In this document: positions 11,066 to 23,790 of the stretch, one piece after another
Numbering within the stretch: position 1 is the first letter of the stretch
Layout of the letters: every line of letters starts with the position of its first letter
NCBI RefSeq assembly: GCF_021028975.2
Contig: NC_059439.1
Coordinates: forward strand, 20,336,001-20,396,242
Length of the DNA: 60,242 nt
From: Sphaerodactylus townsendi
Lineage: Eukaryota
Direction: 5' to 3'
The notes under the pieces: model-generated
Seen by the model: the letters and a program-made list of their open reading frames with translations, nothing else
Told to the model about the DNA's origin: nothing
Databases searched by the model: none
Made by a program: the position numbers and the translations under genes

Positions 11066-12019
11066 ATGGCAAACCCACCTTGGGGAAATCAAACTAGGAT
11101 CACAGAATTCATTCTCTTGGGGTTCGGAACTGGCCGAGAGGTCCACCTTCCTCTCCTGTTGCTGTTTTTTGTGATCTACATAGCGACCATCAGTGGGAAC
11201 ATCCTCATTGTTGTTCTCATTGTGTCTGATCAGCAGCTTCACACCCCAATGTATTTCTTCTTGGGCAACCTATCATGCTTGGAGACCTTCTACAGCTCAG
11301 CCATCCTTCCCAGGGTATTGCATAGTCTTTTGACAGGGGACAGGTCTATTTCATTCACAAGTTGCATTGCCCAGTTCTATTTCTTTGGCATACTTGTCAC
11401 AACAGAGTGCTTCCTGTTAGCTGCCATGTCCATCGACCGCTATTTAGCCATATGCAAGCCGCTACATTATACTGCTGTCATGAACAACAAGCTATGTGCT
11501 CAGCTAGCTGCTGGTTCCTGGATGGGTGGCTGGCTGCCTATCACTATTACAACCTCTTTTGTGTCCCAGCTTCTTTTTTGTGGTGCTAATGAGATGGACC
11601 ACTTCTTTTGCGATTTTGCCCCACTGCTCACTCTTTCCTGTAGTGACACCAGGGTAGTAGACATTGTAAATTTTATATTGGCATCTATGTGTGCTTTTCC
11701 ACCTTTCTTCTTGACTTTGGCAACCTATGTTTGCATCATCACCTGTATCCTGAAAATCCCATCCACCTCTGGAAGGCAGAAGGTTTTCTCTACCTGCTCC
11801 TCTCACCTCCTAGTAGTGATCATTTTTTATGGGACTCTGATCATTGTCTATGTCTTACCAAACTCCAGCACCCTGAGAAGTCTAAACAAGGTGTTTTCCG
11901 TCTTGTATACCATACTGACTCCTCTTGCTAACCCGCTTATATACAGCCTAAGAAACAAAGAAGTTAAGGAAGCGATGAAGAAAGGGGCCAGGAAGCTTTA
12001 CAAAAATGTAAGAATATAA
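11066..12019 (+). CDS. Olfactory receptor OR3, 317 aa, recent tandem paralog of OR2
   Basis: MANPPWGNQT start, OR motifs, nearly identical to OR2; acceptor tttctccAG at 11048-11049. Confidence 0.95.
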   Translation: MANPPWGNQTRITEFILLGFGTGREVHLPLLLLFFVIYIATISGNILIVVLIVSDQQLHTPMYFFLGNLSCLETFYSSAILPRVLHSLLTGDRSISFTSCIAQFYFFGILVTTECFLLAAMSIDRYLAICKPLHYTAVMNNKLCAQLAAGSWMGGWLPITITTSFVSQLLFCGANEMDHFFCDFAPLLTLSCSDTRVVDIVNFILASMCAFPPFFLTLATYVCIITCILKIPSTSGRQKVFSTCSSHLLVVIIFYGTLIIVYVLPNSSTLRSLNKVFSVLYTILTPLANPLIYSLRNKEVKEAMKKGARKLYKNVRI

Positions 12020-12610
12020 GAGGAGTACTACTGAATATCACTGAAGACTCATGAGGAAGTGCAAGTAGCTGAAAGTTTCCTCCTCCAATTGCTCCACCAG
12101 GAAACATGTATCCAGAGATATCTGAATTGCCTCTGCCCACAAAAGGGTCCATTTAGCAATTAAAGGAGTTAGAATACGAGATTGGTACTCTGACAATAAA
12201 ATAACATTTTAGACATGAAGTTATATATTTCATGAAATCCAGCATATTTTCCCTTCCCACTAATGCAACCCATGTTTGTCTCAAGTGGGGGGGGGGATTC
12301 TTGGGGGTGGATTCTCAGGTGGGGAGATTCTTGGCTGCATTGTTCACAAGGAAACCCAGTGTTTCCCTTCCAAACCATGCTGCCTCCTGCCTCTGGGATA
12401 CCAGTGATCCCGGATGACTCCAGCAATGCCATACAAATGGCAGCAGAAGCAAAGGAAATGGGTTCCATGAACCCAAGTTGCCTGTGCATAATCGGCCCAA
12501 ACTCTTTTCTTATGAAACGTCCTAGGGGTCCCTAATTGCATACCCTAGACAGCCTAAATGCATACTGTATGTGGCCAGAGGATGCTAGACACTAGAGTAT
12601 GGATTATAAC

Positions 12611-12747
12611 CAGTGGTGGGATTCAAATAATTTAACATCAGGTTCCAGTGGTGGGATTCAAATAATTTAACAACTGGTTGTTTACAAGCACCATTTTAAC
12701 AACTGGTTTTTCTGAAGTTGGTGCGAACTGGCTGAATCTCCCCACTG
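12611..12747. mobile_element. hAT MITE
   Basis: TIR CAGTGG..GATTCA, 8-bp TSD ATTATAAC. Confidence 0.85.
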
Positions 12748-12824
12748 ATTATAACTATTAAATTCTCGTTGCACCTCCCCTCCCCTTCTAGCTATGTCTC
12801 TCAGGCTCTGACCTTCTTCATCTA

Positions 12825-13733
12825 CCGTATATACTCATGTATAAGTCGAATTTTTCAGCACATTTTTAATGCTGAAAAAGCTCCCCTCGACTTATATGTG
12901 GGTCATTAAAATTTTTTTGTGTGTTTTTACTTTGCCGGCCAGCAGGGGGTGCAGTTTTTATGCTAGCAACACCAAAATTTCAGGATACCCTCAGAAGTCA
13001 CTACTGATGATACCAGCCAAGTTTGGTAAAGTTTGGTTCAGGAGGTCCAAAGTTATGGACCCCCAAATGAGGTGCCCCCATTCCCCATTGTTTTCAATGG
13101 GAGCTATTAGTAGATGGGGCTACCCTTTTGAGGGTCCATAACTTTGGACCCTCTGAACCAAACTTCACCAAACTTAGTATCATCAGGAGAGTCTCTTTAT
13201 GATATCAGCCAGGTTTGGTGAAGTTCGGGTCAGGGGATCCAAAGTTATTGACCCCCAAAGGGGATGCCCCATCCCCCATTGTTTACAATGGAAGCTAATA
13301 GTAGATTTTCCATTACTGATAATATCCCTCTTAAAATCTAAGTTGGGTTACATTTGGACATACAGATGATGATGATGAGGAATCCAGTTTTGGAGCATTT
13401 TAACTCTTGTGTTTTAGCTTGGTTGCTGGTTGAGCTAAGGTTTTTGTACTTTTAGTTATTGTTGATACCATATTGTTCTTGTTGACCCTCTTTTCCACTT
13501 ACAGAGCCAGTTTACTGTTTTTCTTTGAAATAAATATTCAAAAACATTTAACCTACTGATGCCTCAATTGATGTAATTTTATTGGCATCTATTTTTATTT
13601 TTGAAATTTACCAGCAGCTGCTGCATTTCCCACCCTCGACTTATACGCAAGTCAATACGTTTTCCCAGTTTTTTGTGGTAAAATTAGGTGCCTCGACTTA
13701 TATGCGGGTCGACTTATACGCGAGTATATACGG
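12825..13733. mobile_element. Non-autonomous Tc1/mariner (Tc2/pogo-type) transposon
   Basis: TA|CCGTATATACTC...GAGTATATACGG|TA. Confidence 0.85.
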
Positions 13734-14060
13734 TAATTGTTTAGGTATAATTGACCACAAAATACAGTTAACTGGCATCTCCTATGACACTCTTTTTATG
13801 TCACAGGAAATGTGTGCCTCCAGATTATAAAGTCAAGTGCTAGATATTCAGAGACAGCAGTCTTTGTGCTTTAGCAAATAAAACTTGTTACCTACGTCTA
13901 ATGCTAGATACAGTTTATCTGTCTGTGTTTTGATCGTATTCTTGCTTTGAACATAACTAATGTCTGGTAACGTTCTAGAGCTTATTTTATATGCCTAATA
14001 AAAGTTGTTGTTGTTGTTAAACCTGTTACCTTTTCAGTTTTGGTATTACTCCTGCTCAGG

Positions 14061-14908
14061 CCTAACCCCCCAACAACAGTGCCATCAGATCATTCCATTC
14101 TAAATTTCTCCACAAATTATTTGGTGTACCGAATTGCATCCCGTATGCAGTTCTATGTTTAGAATCTGGTCAATACTCCATAGAGGCCACTATCTGGTTA
14201 AACATCATAAAATTGTGGCTGCATATCCATTACCAAAGCTCCGAAAACTCATTGACCCAACTCACCTTGAGCGAACTCCATCACTCCAAATGGTGTACAA
14301 CAGTTCTAGCAAAGATTGGGGAATTGGGCTATGATAGTGACTCCTTGAATATGTTAACTTTCACTGAGTCATTTGCTCTTATCAAAGAGTGGCTACTGGC
14401 AGTAGATTACCATGGCAGAGTTTGGCCAATAAATCCTGTTCGTCAATGAATGGGGCAATTCCATTTCTACAGGGTAACCCAGCCTACTATATTGCAGCGC
14501 TTACCAACCACACATATAGGAGAGCCTACATGACGGCTAGATTTAACATTATGCCATCCCTGCTTCATAGAGGAAGACTCAAGGGTCTACCGAGTGATAA
14601 GAGGCTTTGCCCCTGCAGTCCAGGGCAGCTGGACTCCATTTCGTACATCCTCCTCCACTGCCCATTTTATCAGAAACCAAGATCCAGCTTGTTATCACAG
14701 GTTATCGACTCTATGAAAACCCATACAGAGCTAGACAAAGTAATCATGCTTTTAAACTGCAACGATTTTAACTGTTGTCTCATAGTCGCAACATTCCTGG
14801 CTGAAATCTGTAAACTGAACTCATGATTCAATGTGAAGTTCTCTTTTATAATTTTAACTGTATTATATGCTGTTTTGTTTCATATGCCAATAAAGGCTTA
14901 CTGAACTG
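14061..14908 (+). mobile_element. Non-LTR retrotransposon 3' fragment with CCHC knuckle (RTE-X-like, tentative)
   Basis: RLCPC...ILLHCPFY ORF2 C-terminus, AATAAA plus short-repeat tail, 13-bp TSD ACTCCTGCTCAGG. Confidence 0.75.
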
Positions 14909-15538
14909 ACTCCTGCTCAGGGGACCTTAGCCTCCTATTTTCCAATCGTATTTCCCCTCAAACACAGCTATATTTTATGCTTGACAGTTGGGCAGCACAA
15001 TCCAGAGGGGAGGGCCGAATCCTTGAGAGCTCCCACCAATGTAAATGCCCTCTTTGGGGTACTTACACTGGTGAAGGGGCAAATCCACCAGTGCCCAGCT
15101 GCTGTGACCTCCAGCTGCTTGCACACTGCCCCCAGCTACACTGGCATTCCAGGGGTTATGTTGACCATAGTTCCTCCAGAACCATCTTGGTCCCCATCCT
15201 CTAGCAGAGTAGCCAGCTGAGATATGCTGTGATTTTCATGGCATATCTCTATTATCCTTATGAGGGAGTTGGAAGTTTGTTTTTTTAATAAACTTCTTCA
15301 GGCTTCCTGTGCTGTGGGAAAACCCTGTAGAGTGGGTAGACCGGTGCTCAAGTGGCACCTTTCCTGTGTACCTCAGCTCTGGATTGTGCTGTAAATATTC
15401 TTCCCTTGCAATTTTCTCAGGGAGATATGCCGGAACTCCTCCTCAAGAAAGATCTGTGCCTGTGGAAAGCAAAGTACTAAATCTATCCCACATGTTCTTT
15501 TCCATTGTGATCTCTATGTCAATTTATATAATTCCATA

Positions 15539-16102
15539 CCCTTTTTCATTGTGTAAGGTTTGCAAAAACCAGAATGTCGCAATCTGCACTTATCCCATTT
15601 CTGTATAATAATCTAACCGATGCTCTTAAGATACCTATGCTTTTGAACAACATGGATCCCACAGTGTGCGAGAATGTAGCAAAATTTCTGCTAAAGATAA
15701 TAGACGTAAGTCTAGATCAGGGGTCTTCAAACTATGGCCCTCCAGATGTTCATGGACTACAATTCCCATCAGCCCCTGCCAGCATGGCCAAGTGGCAGGG
15801 CTGATGGGAATTGTAGTTCTTGAACATCTGGAGGGCCATAGTTTGAAGACCCCTGGTCTAGATGGATACTAATCAATGTCTATGTATTATGACCACATAT
15901 AGCCAGCACTAATTTTTCTAGCTTCTGTAAGTATCCGATGACGTTTAAGTGAGTCAACTTAGTTGAAGGAAGGTTTTATAGTTACAGAAGGACCATGTAT
16001 ATATTTTAGTACCAGTGTCTATAACTGTGAGCAATAATGGGCAAATTTTGTATGCTTATTTTGTATGTTTATTTTATGCCAATAAAGGGTTGTTACTACT
16101 AC
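15539..16102 (+). mobile_element. LINE 3' fragment (RTE-X-like, tentative) with a nested hAT MITE
   Basis: TSD TAATTCCATA; AATAAA plus (ACT)n tail. Confidence 0.65.
15718..15855. mobile_element. hAT (Charlie-like) palindromic MITE
   Basis: Near-perfect 138-bp palindrome, TSD GTCTAGAT. Confidence 0.9.
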
Positions 16103-16574
16103 TAATTCCATAATTAATTCACCCTTGCTAGTTTCGGTAACTTTTCCAAGAAAATATGTTTGCCACTGCTTCTGGTGAATTGTTGCCATTATATTACTGG
16201 TGTGGTTGTGAAATTCATTTTAATCATTATGAATTTACGAGATTCCCAGATGTCTCATTTTAAATTCTGATTTTATTTTTTTATTGTATCATGACACTAA
16301 ATAAATGTTTGATGGATTGATAGATGTTTTCCTTGTTCATTCTATATATACATGAACAAAAAATATCTACAGCTAATGGAAAAAAGTCATACTGGCAAGT
16401 TCATTGGCAGCTTCCGTTCATCACTTGTAGGGAGAGGGGGAACCTAGCCTATCTGCTCGCAAATATTGTTGAAAGATTTTGATATAGCTGCTTGTTTTCC
16501 TTGTTCATTCTGTATACTCATGAAAAACCATGAAAAACAAATGGAATAAAGTCATACCAGCAAGTTTATTGGCA

Positions 16575-17450
16575 GTTTTATATAAGGCGTCCTTCCTTTC
16601 TCTGCTTCACAGACTATACATACAAGGATTCCATGGGTGTGAAAATAGTGTAAAATAAATTTATTTATTTATTCTTTCAACTTTTATACCGCCCCATCCC
16701 CGAAGGGCTCTGGGCGGTGTACAGTAAACCATCATATATAAAATAGAACAGCTAAAACCATTAAAAGCAGCGATAAGAGATAAAGGCTAAATATAATAAC
16801 AAATTACCATAGACAGAATGGCGTCCGATAGCTCCATTTTTAAATCCTCTTTCAGGAGGGAGGAACAGTATGTCCCAAGATGGCAAAAGGCACAGATGTA
16901 AAGGGCCGGGGGGGCACCATCAACGGCTGGTTTCTCCAAAGGCCCGGTGGAACAATTCCATCTTATAGGCCCTGCGGAATTCTGTAAGGTCCCGCAGGGC
17001 CCGGACAGCTGGTGGAAGAGCGTTCCACCAGGCTGAGGCCAGGGCCGTAAAGGTCCTGGCCCACGTGGAGGCCAGCTGTATCATCGAGGGGCCAGGGACC
17101 ACCAGTAAGTTGGCCTCCGCTGAATGAAGAGGCCATACAGGGACGAATGGGGTGATGCGGTCTCGAAGATACGAAGAAAAGGTTTTATGAAAACCCCTCA
17201 GAATTTTAGTCTGGAGGACAAAATGGACACAAATCAGAGACACGTAGAAAAATGTAAGCACAATGGGGTAGCATGAACAAATGGAGAATGCTTTCTGCCT
17301 CATAACTGTGGACTTCCTTTGGAGGATATTGATGAAAATACAAATGTAGGAAATTGGGGTAAGCAGAAACGGGGGTGGGGTATGGTGTCCCTAGAGGCCA
17401 AGATGAAAATTACAAGTTCCAATGAGGGAATATTGTTGCTGAAATTTTTT
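16575..17450 (-). pseudogene. Degraded OR pseudogene (TM5-TM7 region) split by an L2 insertion
   Basis: Minus strand reads RQKAFSICSCYPIVLTFFYVSLICV...FHKTFS, then the L2 insert, then a degenerate FYTIFTPM..VYSL with a stop at about 16600-16657; boundaries approximate. Confidence 0.8.
16658..17175 (-). mobile_element. L2-like LINE 3' fragment inside the OR pseudogene
   Basis: Encodes LASTWARTFTALASAWWNALP..LFHRAFG; (TAAA)n tail. Confidence 0.8.
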
Positions 17451-17554
17451 ACCCTTATTCATAATTTGTGGAGATCTTGCTTACTGGGCAGGTAGCAGCA
17501 GCTGAATGACAGCTTATTGAGTCTCAGCACCATTTCTCAAAGGTATTAAACATC

Positions 17555-18088
17555 TTATTTTTTTATTTTTTTATTTTTTTATTATTATATTTATATACCG
17601 CCCTATCCCCTGAGGGCTCTGGGTGGTGAACAACAAATTAATATTACATAAGCAATAAATAATTAATATAAATAACATCATTAAAAACATAAAATTACAG
17701 CGTTCTGCAAAAACCACTCGGCGTCCAGTATTAAAACTATCAATAAAACCCCTCCCAGAGAGGGGGACGGTAGATCCAGGTGTCACAGCTCCCAGAATGT
17801 TAAAAAGGGAGATGCAAAGAGGGCGCTCACCATCAATGGCTGGCCTCCCCAAAAGCCCAGTGGAACAACTCGGTCTTACAGGCCCTGCGGAACTCTCCAA
17901 GATCCCGCAGGGCCCGGACAGTTGGAGGAAGAGTGTTCCTCCAGGCAGGGGCCAGGGCCATAAAAGCCCTGGCCCGGGTGGAGGCCAGCCGTATCATTGA
18001 GGGGCTGGGAACCACCAGTAAATTGGCCTCTGCCGAATGCAGAGGCCGTGTAGGGACATATGGGGTAAGGCGGCCCCGAAGGTACGAT
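17555..18088 (-). mobile_element. L2-like LINE 3' fragment
   Basis: Encodes LASTRARAFMALAPAWRNTLP..KTELFHWAFG. Confidence 0.8.
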
Positions 18089-18396
18089 GAAGACCTTTGG
18101 CTCTTAGCCTCTCATAGCCTCACACGGGGAGCAGAAAATCTGCTATACCTTTTTCCACCAAAAGAACTAAGCAAAATTGTAACTTCATCCACCTCATGCT
18201 TGGTTGTCTTTGTTTTAGAATGTTCCTTTAATGTCTTTGCCCAATGATTAGATTTTTTTAAAAAATTCTGTTGCCCACCACCAAAACTGTACATAATAAT
18301 TATACAATATTTACATTAGACATATCACAGCAGTAAATAGTCACTGTTCTTGCAAGTCTTAGACATGTATAACTCCAATCATGGCTCTGTGGTAAG

Positions 18397-19756
18397 CAGT
18401 GGCGCAACTAGGCAAACTGGAGCCCTGGGCAAAACCTGAGTTTGATGCCCCCCCAGGCACATGCCCAATGCAATGCACACCCCTCCTTTGTAGCTACGCC
18501 CAGTGGCGTATCTAGGCAAACTGGAGTTTGGCACCCCCCCATGGGCAGCCACCTTCCCCCACTGTGACCAAGCAATGATTTTTTTACACCAGGTTGTTTC
18601 AAAGTCACCATCACATTATAGAACATGCCCCAACTCACAAATCTGAGCACAGCAATAAGCCATGCCACAGAGCAGAAATAATTTTTGAAAACATTTTTAA
18701 AATGCTTTCAAAATGTTTTATTACTGCTATGAAAACATTTTATGGTGTTGTATCCAGTACCCCCAACTGGGGGAAACAGCATCACTTTGAATGTTTCAAA
18801 GGAGAATCTGGGCTCCCTAGTTTAACAAGTGATGCTGGAATCCACCCCCAAACAGCATCATTTTCAATGGTGTTTAAACAAGGGAGCCCAGATTCTCCTT
18901 TTAAATCTACCTTAAAGGGAGAATCTGGGGTTCCCAGTTTAAACAACATTGGAAGTGATGCTATTTTGGGGCTGGATTCTCCCCCCACCCTGAAACAAAG
19001 CATCACCTTGCAATATTTAAACTGGGGACCTCAGATTCTCCCCTTTAAATCCATGTCAAAAGGGCGGTAGGATTTAAAAGGAAAATCTGGGGAAATTTGG
19101 GAGGTGCCTATAACTTTGGCAGGGGGTGCAAATTGTTAAGATAGCAGCACCAAACTCTTCAGGGGTATCTTTAGGAGACTTCTAATGATACCTTTCACCC
19201 TTGTTTGGTGAAGTTTGGTTCCAGGGCGAGTCCAAAGTTATGTGGACCCTCAAAGGTAGAAGCCCCCATGTCTCTGTTGTAGCTCCCATTGGAAACAATG
19301 GATGATGGGGCACCCCTTTGGGAGTTCATAGATTTGGACCCCCTGGACCAAACTTCACAAAACCTGGGTGGTATCAGTAAAAGATTCTCCTGATGATACC
19401 TCCCAGGTTTGGTGAAGTTTGGTTCAGGGGGTCCAAAGTTATCGACCCTCAAAGGTGTAGCCTCTTCTCCGATTGGCTCCCAATGGAAACAATGGGGGAT
19501 GGGGCACCCCCTTTGGGAGTCCATAACTTTGGACTCCCTGAACCAAACCTCACCAAACCTGGGTGATAGCATCAGGAGACTCTCCCAAAACATCCTTGAA
19601 ATTTTGGTGCTGCTAGCCTAAAAACTGCGCCCTCTGCAGGCCAAAAATGTAAAAACACTGAAAATACAAAAAATCCCACAAACAAAACCTAAGCTTCCCC
19701 CACAGGACTCTCAGGCCGGCAACTGCCCACTTTGCCCAATGGGAGGAACGCCTCTG
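18397..19756. mobile_element. Non-autonomous hAT element with internal repeat arrays
   Basis: TIR CAG(T/A)GGCG, 8-bp TSD GTGGTAAG. Confidence 0.85.
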
Positions 19757-19912
19757 GTGGTAAGAAATATATTCCTTCATGCAGGGCATAGCAATATTAG
19801 GCTATTCCAAAGTACATTGTAACTTTAAGCAATATTGAAATGTAGTGCTTCTGTACAGCCTGCTACTGCTTCTACTAGTACTACTAGTACTACCACCATT
19901 ACTAGTACAACC

Positions 19913-20869
19913 TTAACATAAGGAATTAGCTACTTCAAAAATTTTAGCAGTTATTCTGTAAACAGCTGCCTTGACCTCTCTATTCCTCAGACTGTATATA
20001 AGAGGGTTGAGCATCGGAGTGAAGACCGTGTAAAATAGGGAGAAGATTCTATGAAACTCTTTCATTGTTTTAGTTTCAGGAAGCAAATAGACACAAATCA
20101 GAGACCCATAAAAAAGTGTGACAACAATGAGATGGGAGGAACAAGTGGAGAAGGCCTTCTGCCTGGAAGCCTTGGTCCTCATTTGGAGGATGTTGATGAT
20201 AATAATCATATATGAGATGAGGGTAAGGAGGAATGGTGGTACAATGTCTATGGAGGAAAAAATGAAAATCACAAGTTCCACTAAGCGAATGTCACTGCAG
20301 GAAAGCTTCAACATAGGCGCTAGATCACAAAAGAAATGTTCAATTTCATTAGGACCACAAAATGATAGCTTGAATAAAAGGGATGTTACTACGCTGACAT
20401 TTGACAGACTAGCCATCCAACAGATGACAAGAAGCCAAAAGCAAATCCTGCCATTCATAAGGTATGTGTACCGCAGTGGTCTGCATATGGCTAGATAGCG
20501 ATCATAGGACATCACGGCCAGGAGGTAACATTCAGCACATCCTAAAGAAGCACAGAAGAAATACTGTACAATGCAGCCATGAACAGAAACAGTCCTATCC
20601 CCTGTCAGAAGACTAAAGAGCAATCTGGGCACCATGGTAGATGTGTAGCAGATCTCCAAGCATGACAGGTTCCCTAGGAAGAAATACATGGGGGTGTGGA
20701 GGTGGGCATCATTGACAACAAGCACAATGATGATGAGATTGCCAGACACAGTAAGGATGTAGATTATGAAGAAAGCTAGGAAGAGGAGAGTCTGAAGCTC
20801 TGGGTGGTCACTAAATCCCAGGAGAATGAAGACTGTGTTGATGGTGAGATTTGTCCCATTCTGTATTTG
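19913..20869 (-). CDS. Olfactory receptor OR4 main coding exon (no in-frame ATG before TM1)
   Basis: Open frame from 20869 (QIQNGTNLTINTVFILLGF...) to the stop at 19913 with full OR motifs; preceded by a pyrimidine tract and CAG, with an in-frame stop a few codons upstream. Confidence 0.88.
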   Translation of the reverse strand, partial: QIQNGTNLTINTVFILLGFSDHPELQTLLFLAFFIIYILTVSGNLIIIVLVVNDAHLHTPMYFFLGNLSCLEICYTSTMVPRLLFSLLTGDRTVSVHGCIVQYFFCASLGCAECYLLAVMSYDRYLAICRPLRYTYLMNGRICFWLLVICWMASLSNVSVVTSLLFKLSFCGPNEIEHFFCDLAPMLKLSCSDIRLVELVIFIFSSIDIVPPFLLTLISYMIIIINILQMRTKASRQKAFSTCSSHLIVVTLFYGSLICVYLLPETKTMKEFHRIFSLFYTVFTPMLNPLIYSLRNREVKAAVYRITAKIFEVANSLC

Positions 20870-21140
20870 CTGTAGGAAATAAAAAAGATTTTATGAAATA
20901 AAACTTGTGTTTGTAAAATATGATGAGGAATGGAACGTACACATCCAGTATGAAAAAACAAACAAACTGATGGGGACTGGATACATTTTTGTACTGTATT
21001 TGAAACTTGCAGTTAGAAGCAAGATGACATAATGGTTATAGAGGCCTGTTCCGTCAGGCCTACAGTTGGGGGCAGCAACAGGTACGTTTCCATCTTCAGT
21101 GGCCTCCCTTTCTTCCCCTTCCCTTGTTTAGTTATATTGA

Positions 21141-21518
21141 TCCAATCCAATCCAATCCAAAAACCTTTATTAGGCATAAACCAGAAGTACCATACATTCC
21201 AAATACAAAAACAGGATCATCGTTACATATCATGTAGAACATGGATTAAAAATGTAGCAACTGCTTTAGAAATTTCTACATTAGGGCTGTTCAATAGTTC
21301 AGACATTTTTTGTCTGTCTGAGAGAAACATAAATTCTAAAGGTAGTAAAGCTCCCAGATCGGTTCTAATATCATTATACCTCGAACAGTAAAGCAGGATA
21401 TGAGGGATTGAGTCTATAGCATTGGGACAGTACCGACAGCAATGCTTACTTTGTGGGATGTTAAGGAAACGACCTTGAAGATAGACAGAGGGGAATGAGT
21501 TGCACCTTGCTCTTGTCA
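21141..21518 (-). mobile_element. LINE 3' fragment with CCHC knuckle and (GGATT)n tail
   Basis: Encodes CRYC..HILLYCSRY; 12-bp TSD TAGTTATATTGA. Confidence 0.8.
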
Positions 21519-21619
21519 TAGTTATATTGAATTTGTTCAGTATATAGAGTTGGGGACTTTAGGACTCATTCCATCCTTGGTTGGGTGAAACACCATTCTT
21601 ATATATTTTATATGTCTCA

Positions 21620-22049
21620 GAGTCCAATCCAGAGTGGGGGGAGGCAAATCCCACATTGGACGTGGTGTGGACTCATGCCGATGGGGGTGCCCAACCGACC
21701 ATCATAAGAGGCATCCCAGCTGGCAGTGAGGGCACCCATGCCTCTGAGGATGGGTGGGTGCCTTGGAGTCCTATGCTGCCACACCCAGAAGTGCAGGTAG
21801 CTGTGGTATCATCTGGCATGGAATTGCGTGCCAATGGGAGAGGGGGCATTCCAGGGGTGGGACCAGGGATGGAGCCCACTGCAGGCAGCTTCCACCAGGT
21901 TTTCAGACCCTAGACATCACAGCAGTTGGCACTGAACTTGCACCATGATTTTCACCATGAGTTCCTTCCCACTATGGGGTTTTCTGCGGGAGGAGGATTT
22001 CAAGCTTTTCCTCTTGCTGTGCTCCCCCATCTCCATCTGGATTGGACTC
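21620..22049. mobile_element. Old TIR element
   Basis: 14-bp perfect inverted ends GAGTCCAATCCAGA; no clear TSD. Confidence 0.5.
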
Positions 22050-23319
22050 CCCGAGTACTATGGTTATGAACATTTTATGTCTGAATTATAATTTGTTTTT
22101 ATATTGTTGAGAGCCACTCTGAGACCGCTATGGATGGGGAGAGCAAAATAAAAATCAATCACTCAACTAAATAAATAGTGGTTCAAATCCCTATTCAGCT
22201 CTGAAGATTTGTGGGATACCTTGGACTAGTTATTTTTTTTCTCAATCTAACCGACCTTGTAAGTTATTGTGAGAGTAGAGGGGATAAGAGGGGAACCACT
22301 AAAGCACCCCAAACTCTGGAAAACGAGGGGTTTAGTCTACATGGATTCCTCTGCCCTTACTCTGCTATTGGGAGTTCAGGAGTTTAGGTCTGCACTGAAA
22401 ATCTGTTTTACGCCCAGACGTCTGATACTTCCTGCTATTTTTCCATCAATAATTGAGCTCAAATGGAAGTACATTTATATCTTTCCATACAATATATTCC
22501 TTACTGTTTAAAATATCCTTTTCTGTTTTATCTTCCTGTGACAGAATCCCCATGCTTTGATCCTTAGTGTGCAACAGCTTTGGTGAAAATGTGTGGTATA
22601 CAAATCACAGTAAAAAGGTGTAAACATAAACGCATACCTAAAGTCCATCTACATAAAAACCAACTATGCATTATGTTCAATCTCACACTTGATAGCCAGT
22701 GGTTTTTCATTAAAAAACGTTTTTGGGAGGAGATTACTTGGAGTGGGGGGCGGGGGGAGATCTTTTCCTGGATGCAATTTCATTACAATCCAAGTTGCTC
22801 CTCCATGGAAACTTAAAGAAAACTGCCCTGTAATACAGAACTCAACACAAGTTTCCCACACTGGGTGGGAATAGCTAGGATAAGGAACTGCAACATTTAA
22901 GGAGACAAAATATATCAATATTAAATGAACATCCAGTGTAAGCCTTTTTGCAAAACTGAAAATAGATTAACACCACTCATTATTGACCCAATGATTAATA
23001 AATATATCTGTAAAGTTCCTGCAGCCCATGTTATTACATTTGTAATAACATTTGTAATAACATGTTCCATACACAGCAAATCTTGTTTCTGCAATGAGCT
23101 CTGTAGGTGTCCTTATAAATTCATCTCTCCCTAAGGCTTTATATCTGCAGTGGAGGAATTACTTTTCCAACAGCACTACTTTACAGGGCTGTCATACAGT
23201 TTACACCCAAAAAAGTTAATGGCCGTGTTGGAGTGATGAGAAAAGATGTGATAATCAAGTAGGCCCACTGTAGGGTGCTGACAGAACAGAACTTGTGTGT
23301 CTAGCCTGTGAGGCAGGGG

Positions 23320-23790
23320 TGCCATTTTGGTTGTCTTCTCTAGACATGAGATGCTGCGCAGGCTGAAAAAGAAAGCTTAGCTAGTAGTTGAAACTGCTTT
23401 ACCTCCAAGTGAAATCCATTTGAAAGATGAGCATCGGATGTATTCCACCCGTTCCTCATTTCTGGGTTTGATGATTTCAAGGAACGCTCCTCTTTTCTCC
23501 TGTGTCCTTTGAATTTTCCAGCTCGTTCACTAAAGCACTTGGTCTTGTTGTGCCTGGGAATGCTGATTATTGAAGTGTTTCATCATTTCCAGACTCCCTA
23601 TTTATCTGCTTTACCTGTACTTCAATGCAGAGCAGTATCTTCACCCTTCTGAAAGGGAAAAGGCGACATTATCTTGGTTAAATTAAAATTCCTGCTCTGT
23701 TGGAGTCAAGCTTATCACAGTAATGAAGAGAGAACAGGCTCCTAACCTCTGGGGAGAATATGGAACCCAGAGAATTATAATGTTAGAGGG
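23320..23790 (-). promoter_or_regulatory. Conserved upstream block of OR4 (putative promoter/first exon)
   Basis: Homologous to 29860-30480, 35420-35900 and 39730-40350; conserved AG|GTAA donor; O/E(EBF)-like and TAAT motifs. Confidence 0.45.

Larger units (their letters stand above)
7900..12420 (+). repeat. Tandem segmental duplication, unit A2 (contains OR3)
   Basis: Colinear with 2860-7895. Confidence 0.9.

Noticed and set aside
18770-19650. Regularly spaced repeats resembling a CRISPR array
   Set aside because: Vertebrate DNA; the units are degenerate and alternately inverted inside a hAT element, with no unique spacers and no cas genes.
20118-20498. Antisense and alternate-frame ORFs conserved among OR paralogs
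   Set aside because: By-product of OR coding conservation.
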